Shown: positions 9,650 to 21,527 of the stretch, in pieces
How positions within the stretch are numbered: the stretch's first letter is position 1
Layout of the letters: the number at the start of each line of letters is the position of its first letter
Assembly: GCA_040772545.1 (NCBI GenBank)
Contig: JAXGXY010000002.1
Span: forward strand, 82,841-146,840
Length of the DNA: 64,000 bases
Origin: Christensenellales bacterium
GTDB lineage: Bacteria > Bacillota > Clostridia > Christensenellales > UBA1431
Direction: 5' to 3'
Position numbers and translations under genes: made by a program
The notes under the pieces: model-generated
What the model saw: only the letters and a program-made list of their open reading frames with translations
What the model was told of the DNA's origin: nothing
Database searches by the model: none

Positions 9650-10519
9650 ATGGATTACGTCATCATGACGGATTCGGATTCGGAACTGGACTACGCCTAT
9701 GCGGCCGGGCACGGGGTGCTGATGCTGTTGATGCCGTATACGCATATGGGGCAGGAGTACGCCTACCGCCCTTCCTACGATTTCGACACGGAGAAGTTCT
9801 ACGGGGAACTGCGGCGCGGGGAGGTGCCGACGACGGCGTGCCCGAACCCGCACGACTTCCTCACGCTGTGGGAGCCGCACCTTAAGCAGGGAAAGGACAT
9901 CGCGTACCTGGCCCTGTCCTCGGCGCTGAGCAATACGTACGAGAACGCGCTGATGGCCAGGGAGGAAGCGCTTGAAAGCTATCCGGGGCGCACGATCCGG
10001 GTGGTGGACACGCTGCGCATCTCGATGGCCATGGGGTTGCTGGTGATGATCGCGGCCTCTATGCGGGAGCAGGGGAAATCGCTGGCCGAAGTGTGCGACT
10101 GGGTCGAAAAAAACCGGCAGCGCGCGCGGGCGTGGTTCATCGTGGACGACCTGCATTACCTGAAACGCGGGGGCAGGCTCTCCGGGTCGGCCGCGTTTTT
10201 CGGGACGATACTGGACGTCAAGCCGGTCCTGACCATCGACGACGCGGGCAGGCTCGTCCCGGTTGAAAAGATCAAGGGGCGCAAGAAGGCCATACGGTAC
10301 ATGCTCGAACAGATGGACAAGGAGGCGGCCGGGCCCGGGGAAGGCTTCGTGGCCATATGCCAGGCGGACTGTTACGGCGACGCGAAATCCGTCGAGGAGA
10401 AGATAGGGCAGCGCGGCTACGCCGACACCGTCGTCAACCCGGTGGGCCCGGTCGTGGGGTCGCACGTGGGGCCGGGGACGCTGGGGATATGTTATATGAA
10501 AAAGGGAGACAGTGTTTAG
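9650..10519 (+). CDS. DegV family fatty-acid-binding protein
   Basis: ATG 9650 after GGAGGGGG. 'MDYVIMTDSDSEL', 'VVDTLRISMAMG', 'VDDLHYLKRGGRLSG' are DegV hallmarks. Confidence 0.85.
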   Translation: MDYVIMTDSDSELDYAYAAGHGVLMLLMPYTHMGQEYAYRPSYDFDTEKFYGELRRGEVPTTACPNPHDFLTLWEPHLKQGKDIAYLALSSALSNTYENALMAREEALESYPGRTIRVVDTLRISMAMGLLVMIAASMREQGKSLAEVCDWVEKNRQRARAWFIVDDLHYLKRGGRLSGSAAFFGTILDVKPVLTIDDAGRLVPVEKIKGRKKAIRYMLEQMDKEAAGPGEGFVAICQADCYGDAKSVEEKIGQRGYADTVVNPVGPVVGSHVGPGTLGICYMKKGDSV

Positions 10520-12121
10520 ATGAGGATACGGTTTTTGGGCGCCGCGCGCGCGGTAACGGGGTCGTGCCACATGATCGAGACGGACAACGGGAACCTGCTG
10601 GTCGACTGCGGGATGCACCAGGGCAGGGACCAGCACGACTGGAACCCGCTGGCGCCCTTCGGGTTCAACCCGCCGGAGATCAAATGCGTGCTGCTGACGC
10701 ATTCGCACATCGACCACTCCGGCCTGATCCCGCTGCTCGTGAAAAACGGGTTCACGGGGAAGGTCTACTGCACGGGGCCCACGGCCGACCTTTGCAGCAT
10801 CATGCTCCCCGACAGCGGCTATATCCAGGAAATGGAGGCCGAACAGCGCAACCGCAAGCGCCTGCGCGCGGGCAGGCAGCCCGTTGAACCGCTTTACACC
10901 GCCGCGGACGCCGCCGCCTGCCTGGGGAGCTTCGCGCGGCTCAACTACGGCGACACGACCGAGGTGCTCCCCGGCGTGCGCGCGCGTTTCGGGGAAGCGG
11001 GGCACCTGCTCGGCTCGAGCACGGTCGAGCTGTGGGTCGAGGACGCGCACGGGGACGCGAAGCTCGTGTTCTCGGGCGACATCGGGACGTACAACCGCCC
11101 GATCATCAACGACCCCGGCGTCATCACCGAGGCCGATTACGTCGTGATGGAGAGCACGTACGGCGACCGGCTGCACGACATGCACTGCGACGCGAAAAAG
11201 CAGTTCAGGGAAATCGTAAGAAGCGCGATCGCCAAGGGCGGGAACCTGGTCATCCCGTCGTTTGCCGTGGGACGCACGCAGGAACTCCTCTACGACCTGA
11301 AAATCATGATGCTTAGCGGCGATGTCCCCGGGCTGGACAAAGTGCCCATCTACGTCGACAGCCCGCTCGCGACCCGGGCGACCGAGATCTTCAGGAAGGA
11401 CTATTACAAGTACTACGACCCCGAAGCGATGGCGCTGATGGCAAGGGGCGAGGACCCTTTGAACATGCCCAACCTGCAGTTCTCCGAGACGACCGACCAG
11501 TCGCGGGCCATCAACGAGGCCAAGGGCACCAACATCATCATCTCGGCCAGCGGCATGTGCGAGGCGGGGCGCATCCGCCACCACCTCAAACACAACCTCT
11601 GGCGCGAGGAAGCCACCGTGCTCTTCGTGGGCTACCAGGCCGAGAACACGCTCGGGCGCTTGCTGCTCGACGGCGCGCGAAGCGTGAAGATCTTCGGCGA
11701 GGAGATCTTCGTGCGCGCGCGCATCTGCAACATACCGGGGTACTCGGGGCACGCCGACAGGGACGGTCTGATCGAGTGGATAAAAGCGTTTGACCCGAAG
11801 CCGCGCAGGGTCTTCGTGGTGCACGGGGAAAGCGCGGTCTGCGACGTTTTCGCAAAGGCGCTGCGCGACCGGCTCGGGCTGGACGCGGCCGTGCCCGACG
11901 AGGGCATGTGCTACGACATCGCGATGGAGGCGTGGGAAGGAGGGCGCGCGCCGAAGGTGCCCGCCGAAGAAACGCTGCTCAGGATGGAAGGCGCCCTGCG
12001 CGACCTCATCAGGGACGGGAGCCGCGCGATCCGCGAAGGAGGGGAGAAGGCCATATCCGCGCAGCAGATGCAGGAGGAACTCGAGAGGTTCCTCGGGCGG
12101 TGGATGGGCAGGATCGCGTGA
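10520..12121 (+). CDS. MBL-fold metallo-hydrolase, beta-CASP ribonuclease family
   Basis: 'LLTHSHIDHSG' (HxHxDH), 'VMESTYGDRLH', 'IPSFAVGRTQELL', 'YSGHADRDGL' match the beta-CASP motif order. 533 aa. Confidence 0.8.
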   Translation: MRIRFLGAARAVTGSCHMIETDNGNLLVDCGMHQGRDQHDWNPLAPFGFNPPEIKCVLLTHSHIDHSGLIPLLVKNGFTGKVYCTGPTADLCSIMLPDSGYIQEMEAEQRNRKRLRAGRQPVEPLYTAADAAACLGSFARLNYGDTTEVLPGVRARFGEAGHLLGSSTVELWVEDAHGDAKLVFSGDIGTYNRPIINDPGVITEADYVVMESTYGDRLHDMHCDAKKQFREIVRSAIAKGGNLVIPSFAVGRTQELLYDLKIMMLSGDVPGLDKVPIYVDSPLATRATEIFRKDYYKYYDPEAMALMARGEDPLNMPNLQFSETTDQSRAINEAKGTNIIISASGMCEAGRIRHHLKHNLWREEATVLFVGYQAENTLGRLLLDGARSVKIFGEEIFVRARICNIPGYSGHADRDGLIEWIKAFDPKPRRVFVVHGESAVCDVFAKALRDRLGLDAAVPDEGMCYDIAMEAWEGGRAPKVPAEETLLRMEGALRDLIRDGSRAIREGGEKAISAQQMQEELERFLGRWMGRIA

Positions 12122-12253
12122 GAAAAAAGCGGAACATCGGGGGACCTACGGCCGTCTTTGAAACGGATTGCACGAAGATCGCGTGAATTTTGCGTATCTT
12201 AAAGGGTTGTATGTTATAATATAATTGACTCTGACTAAGAAAGGAGGTTAAAT

Positions 12254-13060
12254 ATGGAAAAGAGGAAAATGAACCGCGCCGATAAGACTGCGTACCTGCG
12301 CAGCAAGAAGGGATTCATCTGCGACATGGACGGCGTGATTTACCACGGCAACCAGGTGCTGCCCGGCGTCGTCGACTTTTTCGAGTGGCTGCAGAAGGAA
12401 GACATAAAGTTTTTGTTTCTGACCAACAGCAGCGAGCGCACGCCCACGGACCTGAGGCAGAAGCTCCTTCGGATGGGGCTGGATGTGGACGAGAGCCATT
12501 TTTACACCAGCGCGCTCGCTACCGCCAGCTTCCTCGCGAACCAGACGCCCGAGGCAAGCGTGTTCGTCATCGGTTCCGCGGGGCTCACACACGCGCTCTA
12601 CGACGCGGGGCTGTCCATGAACGACGTGAACCCGGATTACGTGGTGCTCGGCGATACGCGGACCTACAACTTCGAGCTCATCGAGCACGCGGTGCATCTC
12701 GTGCACAGCGGCGCCAAGCTCATCGGCACCAACTACGACCTCACCGGCCCGACGGAAAAGGGGATCGTGCCTTCCGTGCGCGCCCTGATCGCGCCGATCG
12801 AGTTCGCGACCAAAAGGGACGCGTATTTCGTTGGAAAGCCCAACCCCATCATGATGCGCGAAGGCCTAAAGAGGCTGGGCGTCGACAACGACGACGCGGC
12901 GATCATCGGCGACAGGATGGATACGGACATCGTTTCCGGGCTGGAGGCGGGGATCGACACCGTGCTGGTGCTCAGCGGCGTGACGCGGGAAAAGGACCTT
13001 CGGAAGTTCGCTTATCAGCCGGACTTCATCATCGACGGCGTCGGCGACATCCTATGCTAG
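12254..13060 (+). CDS. HAD-IIA family hydrolase (NagD-like sugar phosphatase)
   Basis: RBS AAGGAGG. 'FICDMDGVIYHG' (DxDG), 'LTNSS', 'VGKPN', 'IGDRMDTDI'. Confidence 0.85.
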   Translation: MEKRKMNRADKTAYLRSKKGFICDMDGVIYHGNQVLPGVVDFFEWLQKEDIKFLFLTNSSERTPTDLRQKLLRMGLDVDESHFYTSALATASFLANQTPEASVFVIGSAGLTHALYDAGLSMNDVNPDYVVLGDTRTYNFELIEHAVHLVHSGAKLIGTNYDLTGPTEKGIVPSVRALIAPIEFATKRDAYFVGKPNPIMMREGLKRLGVDNDDAAIIGDRMDTDIVSGLEAGIDTVLVLSGVTREKDLRKFAYQPDFIIDGVGDILC

Positions 13061-13196
13061 GATAGCGAGACGCCAAAAACCGTTTGCGCTTATATCGCGC
13101 GATGGTTTTTTATTTTTGGGGAGAAGACACGCAGAAGAAAACACGGGAGCGCCGTTTCGGTCTTTCTTGAATCCTTGCGATAAAAGATGTTGGCGG

Positions 13197-13814
13197 TCAG
13201 GGAATGAATTGCTGGGTCATGGAAACGATGACGCCGCCGACTACTTTCACATGCATCAGCGGTTCCTCGACCATCCTCGTCCTGAATTCGTCGAACGAGA
13301 CGGTTTCGGTGAGGTTGCCCGGGTCCTCGGGGTCGACTACGCTGATCGTGCAGCCGGGGGCGAGCGGGAACGTCCGGATCAGCTTGTTCACGTTACGGAT
13401 GTAATAATCGTTGAGGACATAATAGTTTCCGTGTTCGTCCTTTTCCACGGCGTCGGAACCGTCCGCGAGCGCTTTGGCGACCGCCTCGTCGCCGAAGTAC
13501 ATGTCTACGTAGTCGATCCTGATGGTGTTGACGCCGCCGCTCACAAAGGCTTCGGTCACGATACCCAGCCTGGTTTCCGTCACCCCCGCTGTCGCGGCGG
13601 CGGTGGGGACGGCCGGGGACGGTGTTACCGGCAAGGCCGTTACCTCGGCTGAAGAGGCGGACGGGACGGACGGCGTTGCCGGCAGGGCCGTTACCTCGGC
13701 TGAAGAGGCGGACGGAACCGCGGGCGTAGCGTCGGCCCCGGCGGGCGCGGCGCACGCCCCCATGACCGCGGCTGTCAGGACGCAGAGCAGCACGACGAAA
13801 ACTGTTTTTTTCAC
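13197..13814 (-). CDS. hypothetical lipoprotein with tandem Pro/Ser/Ala-rich repeat
   Basis: GTG 13814 preceded by AAGGAGGG. Signal peptide plus lipobox 'VLLCVLTAAVMGAC'. Duplicated 'PSASSAEVTALP.TPS' linker. The C-terminal domain has no motif I recognise. Confidence 0.65.
   Translation of the reverse strand: MKKTVFVVLLCVLTAAVMGACAAPAGADATPAVPSASSAEVTALPATPSVPSASSAEVTALPVTPSPAVPTAAATAGVTETRLGIVTEAFVSGGVNTIRIDYVDMYFGDEAVAKALADGSDAVEKDEHGNYYVLNDYYIRNVNKLIRTFPLAPGCTISVVDPEDPGNLTETVSFDEFRTRMVEEPLMHVKVVGGVIVSMTQQFIP
13625..13730. repeat. 51-bp tandem duplication inside the lipoprotein gene
   Basis: GGCCGTTACCTCGGCTGAAGAGGCGGACGG occurs at 13635 and again at 13686. Confidence 0.85.
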
Positions 13815-14200
13815 GTCAAACCCTCCTTTACAATCGTGTATTCCTGTGTCGCGGCAAAACCAAAGCCGCACGTGGTTATTGGCACAATCCTGCGCCGAAT
13901 CGTTTCCGTATTCGCGTTATGCGTTGCAGGCCGATCCACTCTTATATGAAATTATAAAGGCAACAGTCCCGCAGGGCAACCGTCACATGGATTATTCCGT
14001 TATCCTGAGAGAACAGGAATCACGCGAAGCCATTTTGAGGTCCTGCGGTTTACGGTTGCCATGCATGGCAAAGGATGACCTGGTCATGTGCCGGGAATCG
14101 CTGGGCCGGGCCTGTTGGAAGAAACAATGAGGTCACGTAAACATACTATAAAGTCAATTAGCGGCGAGGGCATGAGCCCTATTCTCATGATTACGGGACG

Positions 14201-15223
14201 GTGAATGAAAAGATGAGCATTACGACGGAGGAGCTCGCGGCGTTTGTGAAAAAGGCGGCGGCGGAGAAATGGGGATACGTCTACGGCGGACAGGGACAAA
14301 TATATACCCCCGAACTCGCGAAAAAATGGGCGGGTCAGGGGCGCGCGGGAAAAAGCGCCGACTATTTCCTCAACGATTGCAGGCGATGGTTCGGTAAAGT
14401 GGTGGTAGACTGCAGCGGCCTGCTGGTCGAAGCCTTCCGAAGCAGGGACAGGGGTTATTACGACAGGACGGCCAACACGTTCAGGGCCCAGGCGGTGGAG
14501 CGCGGCAGCATAAATGATATGCCGGGCATGGCGGGATTGGGCGTTTGGCGAAGCGGCCATATCGGCATCTATATCGGGGCGGACAAGGTCATCGAAGCGG
14601 GCGGGACGAGAGTGGGCGTAGTGGAAACCCCGTTATCGTCTCCCGCCACGGGGAAGGCGTGGAAGGAATGGCTCCATTTGAGAGGCGTGATCTGCGACTG
14701 CCCGCCGGGAGAGCACGAAGTCCCGGAAGACGCGTTTAACGTGAACCGGCTGCTCGAACTGACAAGCCCGATGATGTCCGGCGACGACGTGCGCGACGTG
14801 CAGGAAGAGCTCATGGCCCGGAAATACAGCGTCGGCAGCGCGGGCGCGGACGGCGTATACGGTCCGGATACAGCACAGGCCGTGAAACAGTTCCAGCGGG
14901 ACAAGGGGCTGCGGGCGGACGGCGTTGTCGGCCCGAAAACGACGACGGCCCTGGGAGGCCTGTGGGAGGACGCAGAGGCGGCTTTCGCCGTCGCAAGGCT
15001 GCTAAAACTGACGAGCCCGATGATGTCCGGCGACGACGTGCAGGCCGTGCAGGAGGCGTTGACGGCTCAGGATTACGATGTGGGCGTGAACGGGGCAGAC
15101 GGCGTATACGGCCCGGACACCGCAAAGGCCGTGCAGCGGTTCCAGCGGGACGAGGGGCTGCGGGCGGACGGCATCGTCGGCCCGGAAACGACGCGAGCCC
15201 TGGGAGGGCAGTGGAGCGGGTGA
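14201..15223 (+). CDS. NlpC/P60 peptidoglycan hydrolase with two PG_binding_1 domains
   Basis: 'WGYVYGGQG...VVDCSGL...GHIGIYIG' is the NlpC/P60 Cys-His core. Then two copies of 'LTSPMMSGDDV..VQE.L......GADGVYGPDTA.AV..FQRD.GLRADG.VGP.T'. Start is 14201 or 14213. Confidence 0.85.
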   Translation: MNEKMSITTEELAAFVKKAAAEKWGYVYGGQGQIYTPELAKKWAGQGRAGKSADYFLNDCRRWFGKVVVDCSGLLVEAFRSRDRGYYDRTANTFRAQAVERGSINDMPGMAGLGVWRSGHIGIYIGADKVIEAGGTRVGVVETPLSSPATGKAWKEWLHLRGVICDCPPGEHEVPEDAFNVNRLLELTSPMMSGDDVRDVQEELMARKYSVGSAGADGVYGPDTAQAVKQFQRDKGLRADGVVGPKTTTALGGLWEDAEAAFAVARLLKLTSPMMSGDDVQAVQEALTAQDYDVGVNGADGVYGPDTAKAVQRFQRDEGLRADGIVGPETTRALGGQWSG

Positions 15224-15264
15224 CGGCGCGGGCACCGGCGGTTGCATATAAGATAATATGGCAT

Positions 15265-15296
15265 AAACGGCGTGATACCGGCGCCGTTTTTGTTTT
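15265..15296 (+). terminator. intrinsic terminator after the NlpC/P60 gene
   Basis: AAACGGCG-tgatacc-(G)CGCCGTTTTTGTTTT. Confidence 0.7.
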
Positions 15297-15480
15297 GTCG
15301 CGGCGGGCTGGCCCGAAGCCGTACCCGGGAGAAGCCCCGCAATGCGAAGTTTTTGGGAAAGGGAGGAGCGACTTGGCGAGCGGGATTTCACTCTTGCGCG
15401 GAAGCGGGCGGTATGAGGTTTCGCGACGACGCGTGCGGAGTTGGCCCCGGTAAGGCGGCATGGGCGCCGGATCGGCACAG

Positions 15481-15505
15481 AAACGGTGTGACGCCGTTTT
15501 TCTGT
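15481..15505 (+). terminator. second, near-duplicate terminator hairpin
   Basis: AAACGGTGTGACGCCGTTTTTCTGTTT closely resembles 15265-15296. No annotated gene ends here. Confidence 0.5.
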
Positions 15506-15573
15506 TTGCATGCGCGGATGAGATGGTTTACTATAGAGTTGCAGCAAGCGTTGTTTGAGAGAGGGTATGAACG

Positions 15574-16098
15574 TTGTTCAATGTGCCAAACATCCTCACG
15601 ATGATCCGGCTCGTACTGGTCGTCGTGTTCTATTTCGTGTTCAATATCCCCGACCACATGCTCGCGCTGGCCATCTTCCTGGTCGCCGGCGCGACGGACC
15701 TGCTGGACGGCTACATCGCCCGCAAATACGACCTCGTCACGGACCTTGGCAAACTCCTCGACCCGCTCGCCGACAAGCTGCTGCTGATCGTGGCGCTTTT
15801 CTGCCTGTATTCGGCGGGCTACGTCCCCCTCGTTTTCCCGATACTGGCCACCATCAAGGAGGTCGCCATGGTGGTGGGCGGCGCTTTGCTGTTGACCAGG
15901 GAGCATAAGGTGGTGTATTCTAAGACCATCGGCAAGATAGCGGCGGGAACGTTTTTCCTGGGCGTCGCGGCTTCCTTTTTCAAGCCGCAGATCGACCCGT
16001 ACCACATCGTGGTGCTCAGCGCCGGCTTGGGGCTGTCGGTCGTCGCGATGGTCAGCTACGCCGCCGAGAATATTTTCCGGCGCAAAACCGAAGAATAG
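15574..16098 (+). CDS. pgsA: CDP-diacylglycerol--glycerol-3-phosphate 3-phosphatidyltransferase
   Basis: TTG start. 'NILTMIRL', 'GATDLLDGYIARKYDLVTDLGKLLDPLADK' is the CDP-alcohol phosphatidyltransferase signature. Confidence 0.9.
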   Translation: MFNVPNILTMIRLVLVVVFYFVFNIPDHMLALAIFLVAGATDLLDGYIARKYDLVTDLGKLLDPLADKLLLIVALFCLYSAGYVPLVFPILATIKEVAMVVGGALLLTREHKVVYSKTIGKIAAGTFFLGVAASFFKPQIDPYHIVVLSAGLGLSVVAMVSYAAENIFRRKTEE

Positions 16099-16134
16099 TC
16101 GGAAACGGGCGGACGCAACCGAATAGACGCAACC

Positions 16135-16393
16135 GATGGAGGATGAGGAAGTACGCGCACACGCATCCCACGAAGCAGAGAGGGCCGTCCGCAGGCTGGA
16201 AGGCGGCCCGGGCGGGCTGGCGCGGAAGGGTCGCGTCCTCACGGCCGGAATCGTCCGGCATAAGGTTCCCGGCACCCCGGGCGGCGAAGCGGCCGTTATC
16301 GCGCGATGAAGGGGCGCGTGCGAGCGCCTGAAATAAGGTGGTACCACGGAACAACCGCTTTCGTCCTTAACATGGGGGAAGCGGGTTTTTTGT
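16135..16393 (+). promoter_or_regulatory. T-box riboswitch leader, probable Val (GUC) specifier
   Basis: Stem I base GAGGA(16145)/TCCTC(16236). S-turn AGUA (16150) opposite GAA (16225). Candidate specifier GUC at 16230-16232. AGAGA bulge ~16187. T-box sequence AAATAAGGTGGTACCACGG at 16331-16349. Terminator CCGCTT...AAGCGGGTTTTTTG at 16353-16393. valS lies downstream. Confidence 0.75.
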
Positions 16394-16409
16394 ATGGGGG
16401 ACGGAGCAT

Positions 16410-16622
16410 ATGCGGTGGTTTTTAAACGCCGGCGCTTCGGGCGCGATCGGGCTCGCGCTGCTCGCCTCGGCGGCGGCGTGTGCGTTCGGCGCGCGCCTGT
16501 TTTGCAGGCGCAGGGGCTACGACGAAGAAAAAACGGCGGACGCGGTTTTTCGCGCCAAGGTGCTGGCCATTATACTGGCCGTCGCCGGGACGGCGCTGGT
16601 CACCGACGTCGTCCGTTTCTGA
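16410..16622 (+). CDS. hypothetical small membrane protein (2 predicted TM helices)
   Basis: 70-aa ORF between the T-box terminator and valS. GGAG lies 5 nt before the ATG. Hydrophobic segments 'GAIGLALLASAAACAF' and 'VLAIILAVAGTALV'. No recognisable family. Confidence 0.35.
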   Translation: MRWFLNAGASGAIGLALLASAAACAFGARLFCRRRGYDEEKTADAVFRAKVLAIILAVAGTALVTDVVRF

Positions 16623-16643
16623 AATTTTTACCGGAGGTTTTTT

Positions 16644-19280
<2,637 letters not shown>

Positions 19281-19286
19281 ATCGTT

Positions 19287-20561
19287 ATGGGCACAGAAAA
19301 GACCATCGGATATATATACGGGCTCAGGGGAGAGCCGCGGCCGGATCAGGAGCGTTTTAAGGCGCTCCTGAGCGCGCTGGGCGATCCGCACAGGGCGTTT
19401 TGCTCGGTGCATGTGGCGGGGACCAACGGCAAGGGCTCGACCTGCGCCTTCCTCGCCTCCATACTGGCAGCGCACGGGAAAAAGACGGGCCTTTACACGT
19501 CGCCGTACCTGGAACGCTTCAACGAGCGGATGCAGATCGGCGGCGCGCCCATAGGCGACGATGAACTCACACGCGCAGTGGAGCGCGTGCGCGCGGCCGC
19601 GGAGGCGATCGAATCCGCACACGGCGCGATCCGCCCGTACGAGGCGATCACGGCCGCGGCCTTCTGGTGGTTCGCCCGCAACGGCGTGGAGACGGCCGTT
19701 ATCGAGACGGGCCTGGGCGGGGCGGGGGACGCGACCAACGTGCTCTGTCCGTCGCACGTGGCCATCACCAGCATATCGCACGATCACACGCGCCGGCTGG
19801 GCAGCCGCATCGAGGACATCGCGAGGGAGAAGGCGGGGATCATCAAGCGCGGCGCTTTCGTGGCCGTGCATCCCCAGGAGAAGACGGTGGAGGACGTGCT
19901 CATGGGTCGCGTGGGGCAGACCGGCTGCCGCGCGCATTTCATCCGGCCGCATGACGTGGCCGTCGTCGAGGACAGCATGCGCCGCCGGGCGTTCGACCTC
20001 ATATGCGGTCCTTCCGCGCTGTGCGGGATCGAGGTGCCGCTGCTGGGGCGGCATCAGATGGACAACGCGGCGAGCGCCGCTTGCATTGCGCTGGACATGG
20101 GCGTCCCCGCCGAAGCGATACGCCTGGGCATAAGGCGGGTGCGGTGGCCGGGGCGGATGGAGCTCGTCTGCGGCGAACAGGGGTGCGCGGTCATAGACGG
20201 CGCGCATAACCCGGCCGGCGCCCGGGCGCTGGCGCAGTCCCTGGAACGATATTTTGCCGGGGTCCCGAAGGTGCTGTTGTGCGCCGTATCCGCGAACAAG
20301 GACGCCGCCGCCATGGCGCGGATATGGGCGAAAGCGTTCGACGGCGTCGTGGCCACGACCTGCCCGCGCCTGATGCCGGCGGCCGAAACGGGGAGGCATT
20401 TCGCGGCGGCGGGGGCGAGGGTCACGGTTTGTGAAGACGCGCGGCAGGCGTTTTTCACGGCCCGTGAACAACGCGGCGCGCTGGCGGTTGTCGCCGGTTC
20501 GATCTATCTCGCGGGGGCGATGCGCACCCTCCTTCGGCAGGCGCCGGGGCCCGCGCATTAG
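19287..20561 (+). CDS. folC: bifunctional folylpolyglutamate synthase / dihydrofolate synthase
   Basis: 'HVAGTNGKGST' P-loop and Mur-ligase family layout. valS-folC adjacency as in Bacillus. Confidence 0.9.
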   Translation: MGTEKTIGYIYGLRGEPRPDQERFKALLSALGDPHRAFCSVHVAGTNGKGSTCAFLASILAAHGKKTGLYTSPYLERFNERMQIGGAPIGDDELTRAVERVRAAAEAIESAHGAIRPYEAITAAAFWWFARNGVETAVIETGLGGAGDATNVLCPSHVAITSISHDHTRRLGSRIEDIAREKAGIIKRGAFVAVHPQEKTVEDVLMGRVGQTGCRAHFIRPHDVAVVEDSMRRRAFDLICGPSALCGIEVPLLGRHQMDNAASAACIALDMGVPAEAIRLGIRRVRWPGRMELVCGEQGCAVIDGAHNPAGARALAQSLERYFAGVPKVLLCAVSANKDAAAMARIWAKAFDGVVATTCPRLMPAAETGRHFAAAGARVTVCEDARQAFFTAREQRGALAVVAGSIYLAGAMRTLLRQAPGPAH

Positions 20562-20630
20562 CCGGGCGGTGCCCTTTGCCCGGTCCCATGCATATGATGG
20601 CGCAAGGAAGATGCAGGGAGGCCGGTGCTT

Positions 20631-21527
20631 ATGGCGGGACAGGTGTGCATCGCATACGCGGGAGAAGACGCGCTCGCTTTCTGGGAGACGGACCCGTTGC
20701 GCGAAACGGGGCGGATGGACATCGCGGCGATGGCGGGGATGAAGGGGCTGGGGCCGAGGAGGCTCGCATGGGACCCGCTTTATAAGCGGCTCTACGTGTC
20801 CTGTTCGTTCGCAAACTGCGTCGGCGTGGTGGACATGGAAAAAAGGGAATGGCTCATGACCGTATTCGTGGGATCGGCGCCCACCGACGTGTGCGTATGC
20901 GGGGACCGCGTGCTCGTATGCTGCTGTGAGAGCGAAAGCCTGTGGGCGCTGGACAGGGAGGACCCCTCCGCGGTGGGGTGCGTAAGGCTTCCCGGGTTCC
21001 CCTATTCCATGGACAATTCGAACCATACGCTGCTGCTGTGCTGCATCACGCGGCCCGCGGTATGGAGCGTGGACAAGGATCTAGCGATCGCCGGAGTGCT
21101 GGAGCTCTCCTGCGCGCCCATGCACGCCACGAAGCTCCCGGGCGGGGACATGCTCGTCACCCTGCTGCCGGGGAACGGGTCCGACGCAGGCAGGCTCGTC
21201 CGCCTGGACCGAAAAGGCAGGGTCGTTTACGCGCTGGAGATGGGCGAGATGCCCGGCGTCGTTCGGCTCTCGGAAGACAACGGCCTGGCGGCCGCGGTGA
21301 ACATGGAAGAGAGCGAACTGTTCCTCGTCGACCCGGACACGTTCTCGCACCGCAAACGCAGGATGTGCGCCATGCCCGACGACGTGCTCTTCCTTCCAAA
21401 CGGGGCGGGGATACTGGCGACGTGCATGATCGACAACAGGGCCGTGCACCTGGACATGAGGGGGAAACCGGTGCAGTGCGCGACCGCCGGGAAAGAGCCG
21501 CGCGGCATGGTATGCCTCGACGCCTAG
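20631..21527 (+). CDS. hypothetical protein, possibly beta-propeller (YVTN-like) repeats
   Basis: ~298-aa ORF (GTG 20625 or ATG 20631). Repeated short strand-like blocks ('LYVSC','VLVCCC','LLLCC'). No catalytic motif recognised. Confidence 0.5.
   Translation: MAGQVCIAYAGEDALAFWETDPLRETGRMDIAAMAGMKGLGPRRLAWDPLYKRLYVSCSFANCVGVVDMEKREWLMTVFVGSAPTDVCVCGDRVLVCCCESESLWALDREDPSAVGCVRLPGFPYSMDNSNHTLLLCCITRPAVWSVDKDLAIAGVLELSCAPMHATKLPGGDMLVTLLPGNGSDAGRLVRLDRKGRVVYALEMGEMPGVVRLSEDNGLAAAVNMEESELFLVDPDTFSHRKRRMCAMPDDVLFLPNGAGILATCMIDNRAVHLDMRGKPVQCATAGKEPRGMVCLDA

Noticed and set aside
13872-14200. Possible c-di-AMP (ydaO) riboswitch in the 330-nt region upstream of the NlpC/P60 hydrolase.
   Set aside because: I could not find the conserved ydaO blocks (GAGCGGGGGACCCA, GGGGUGAAUCC, ACCCGAAC..) by eye. 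An Infernal scan would settle it.
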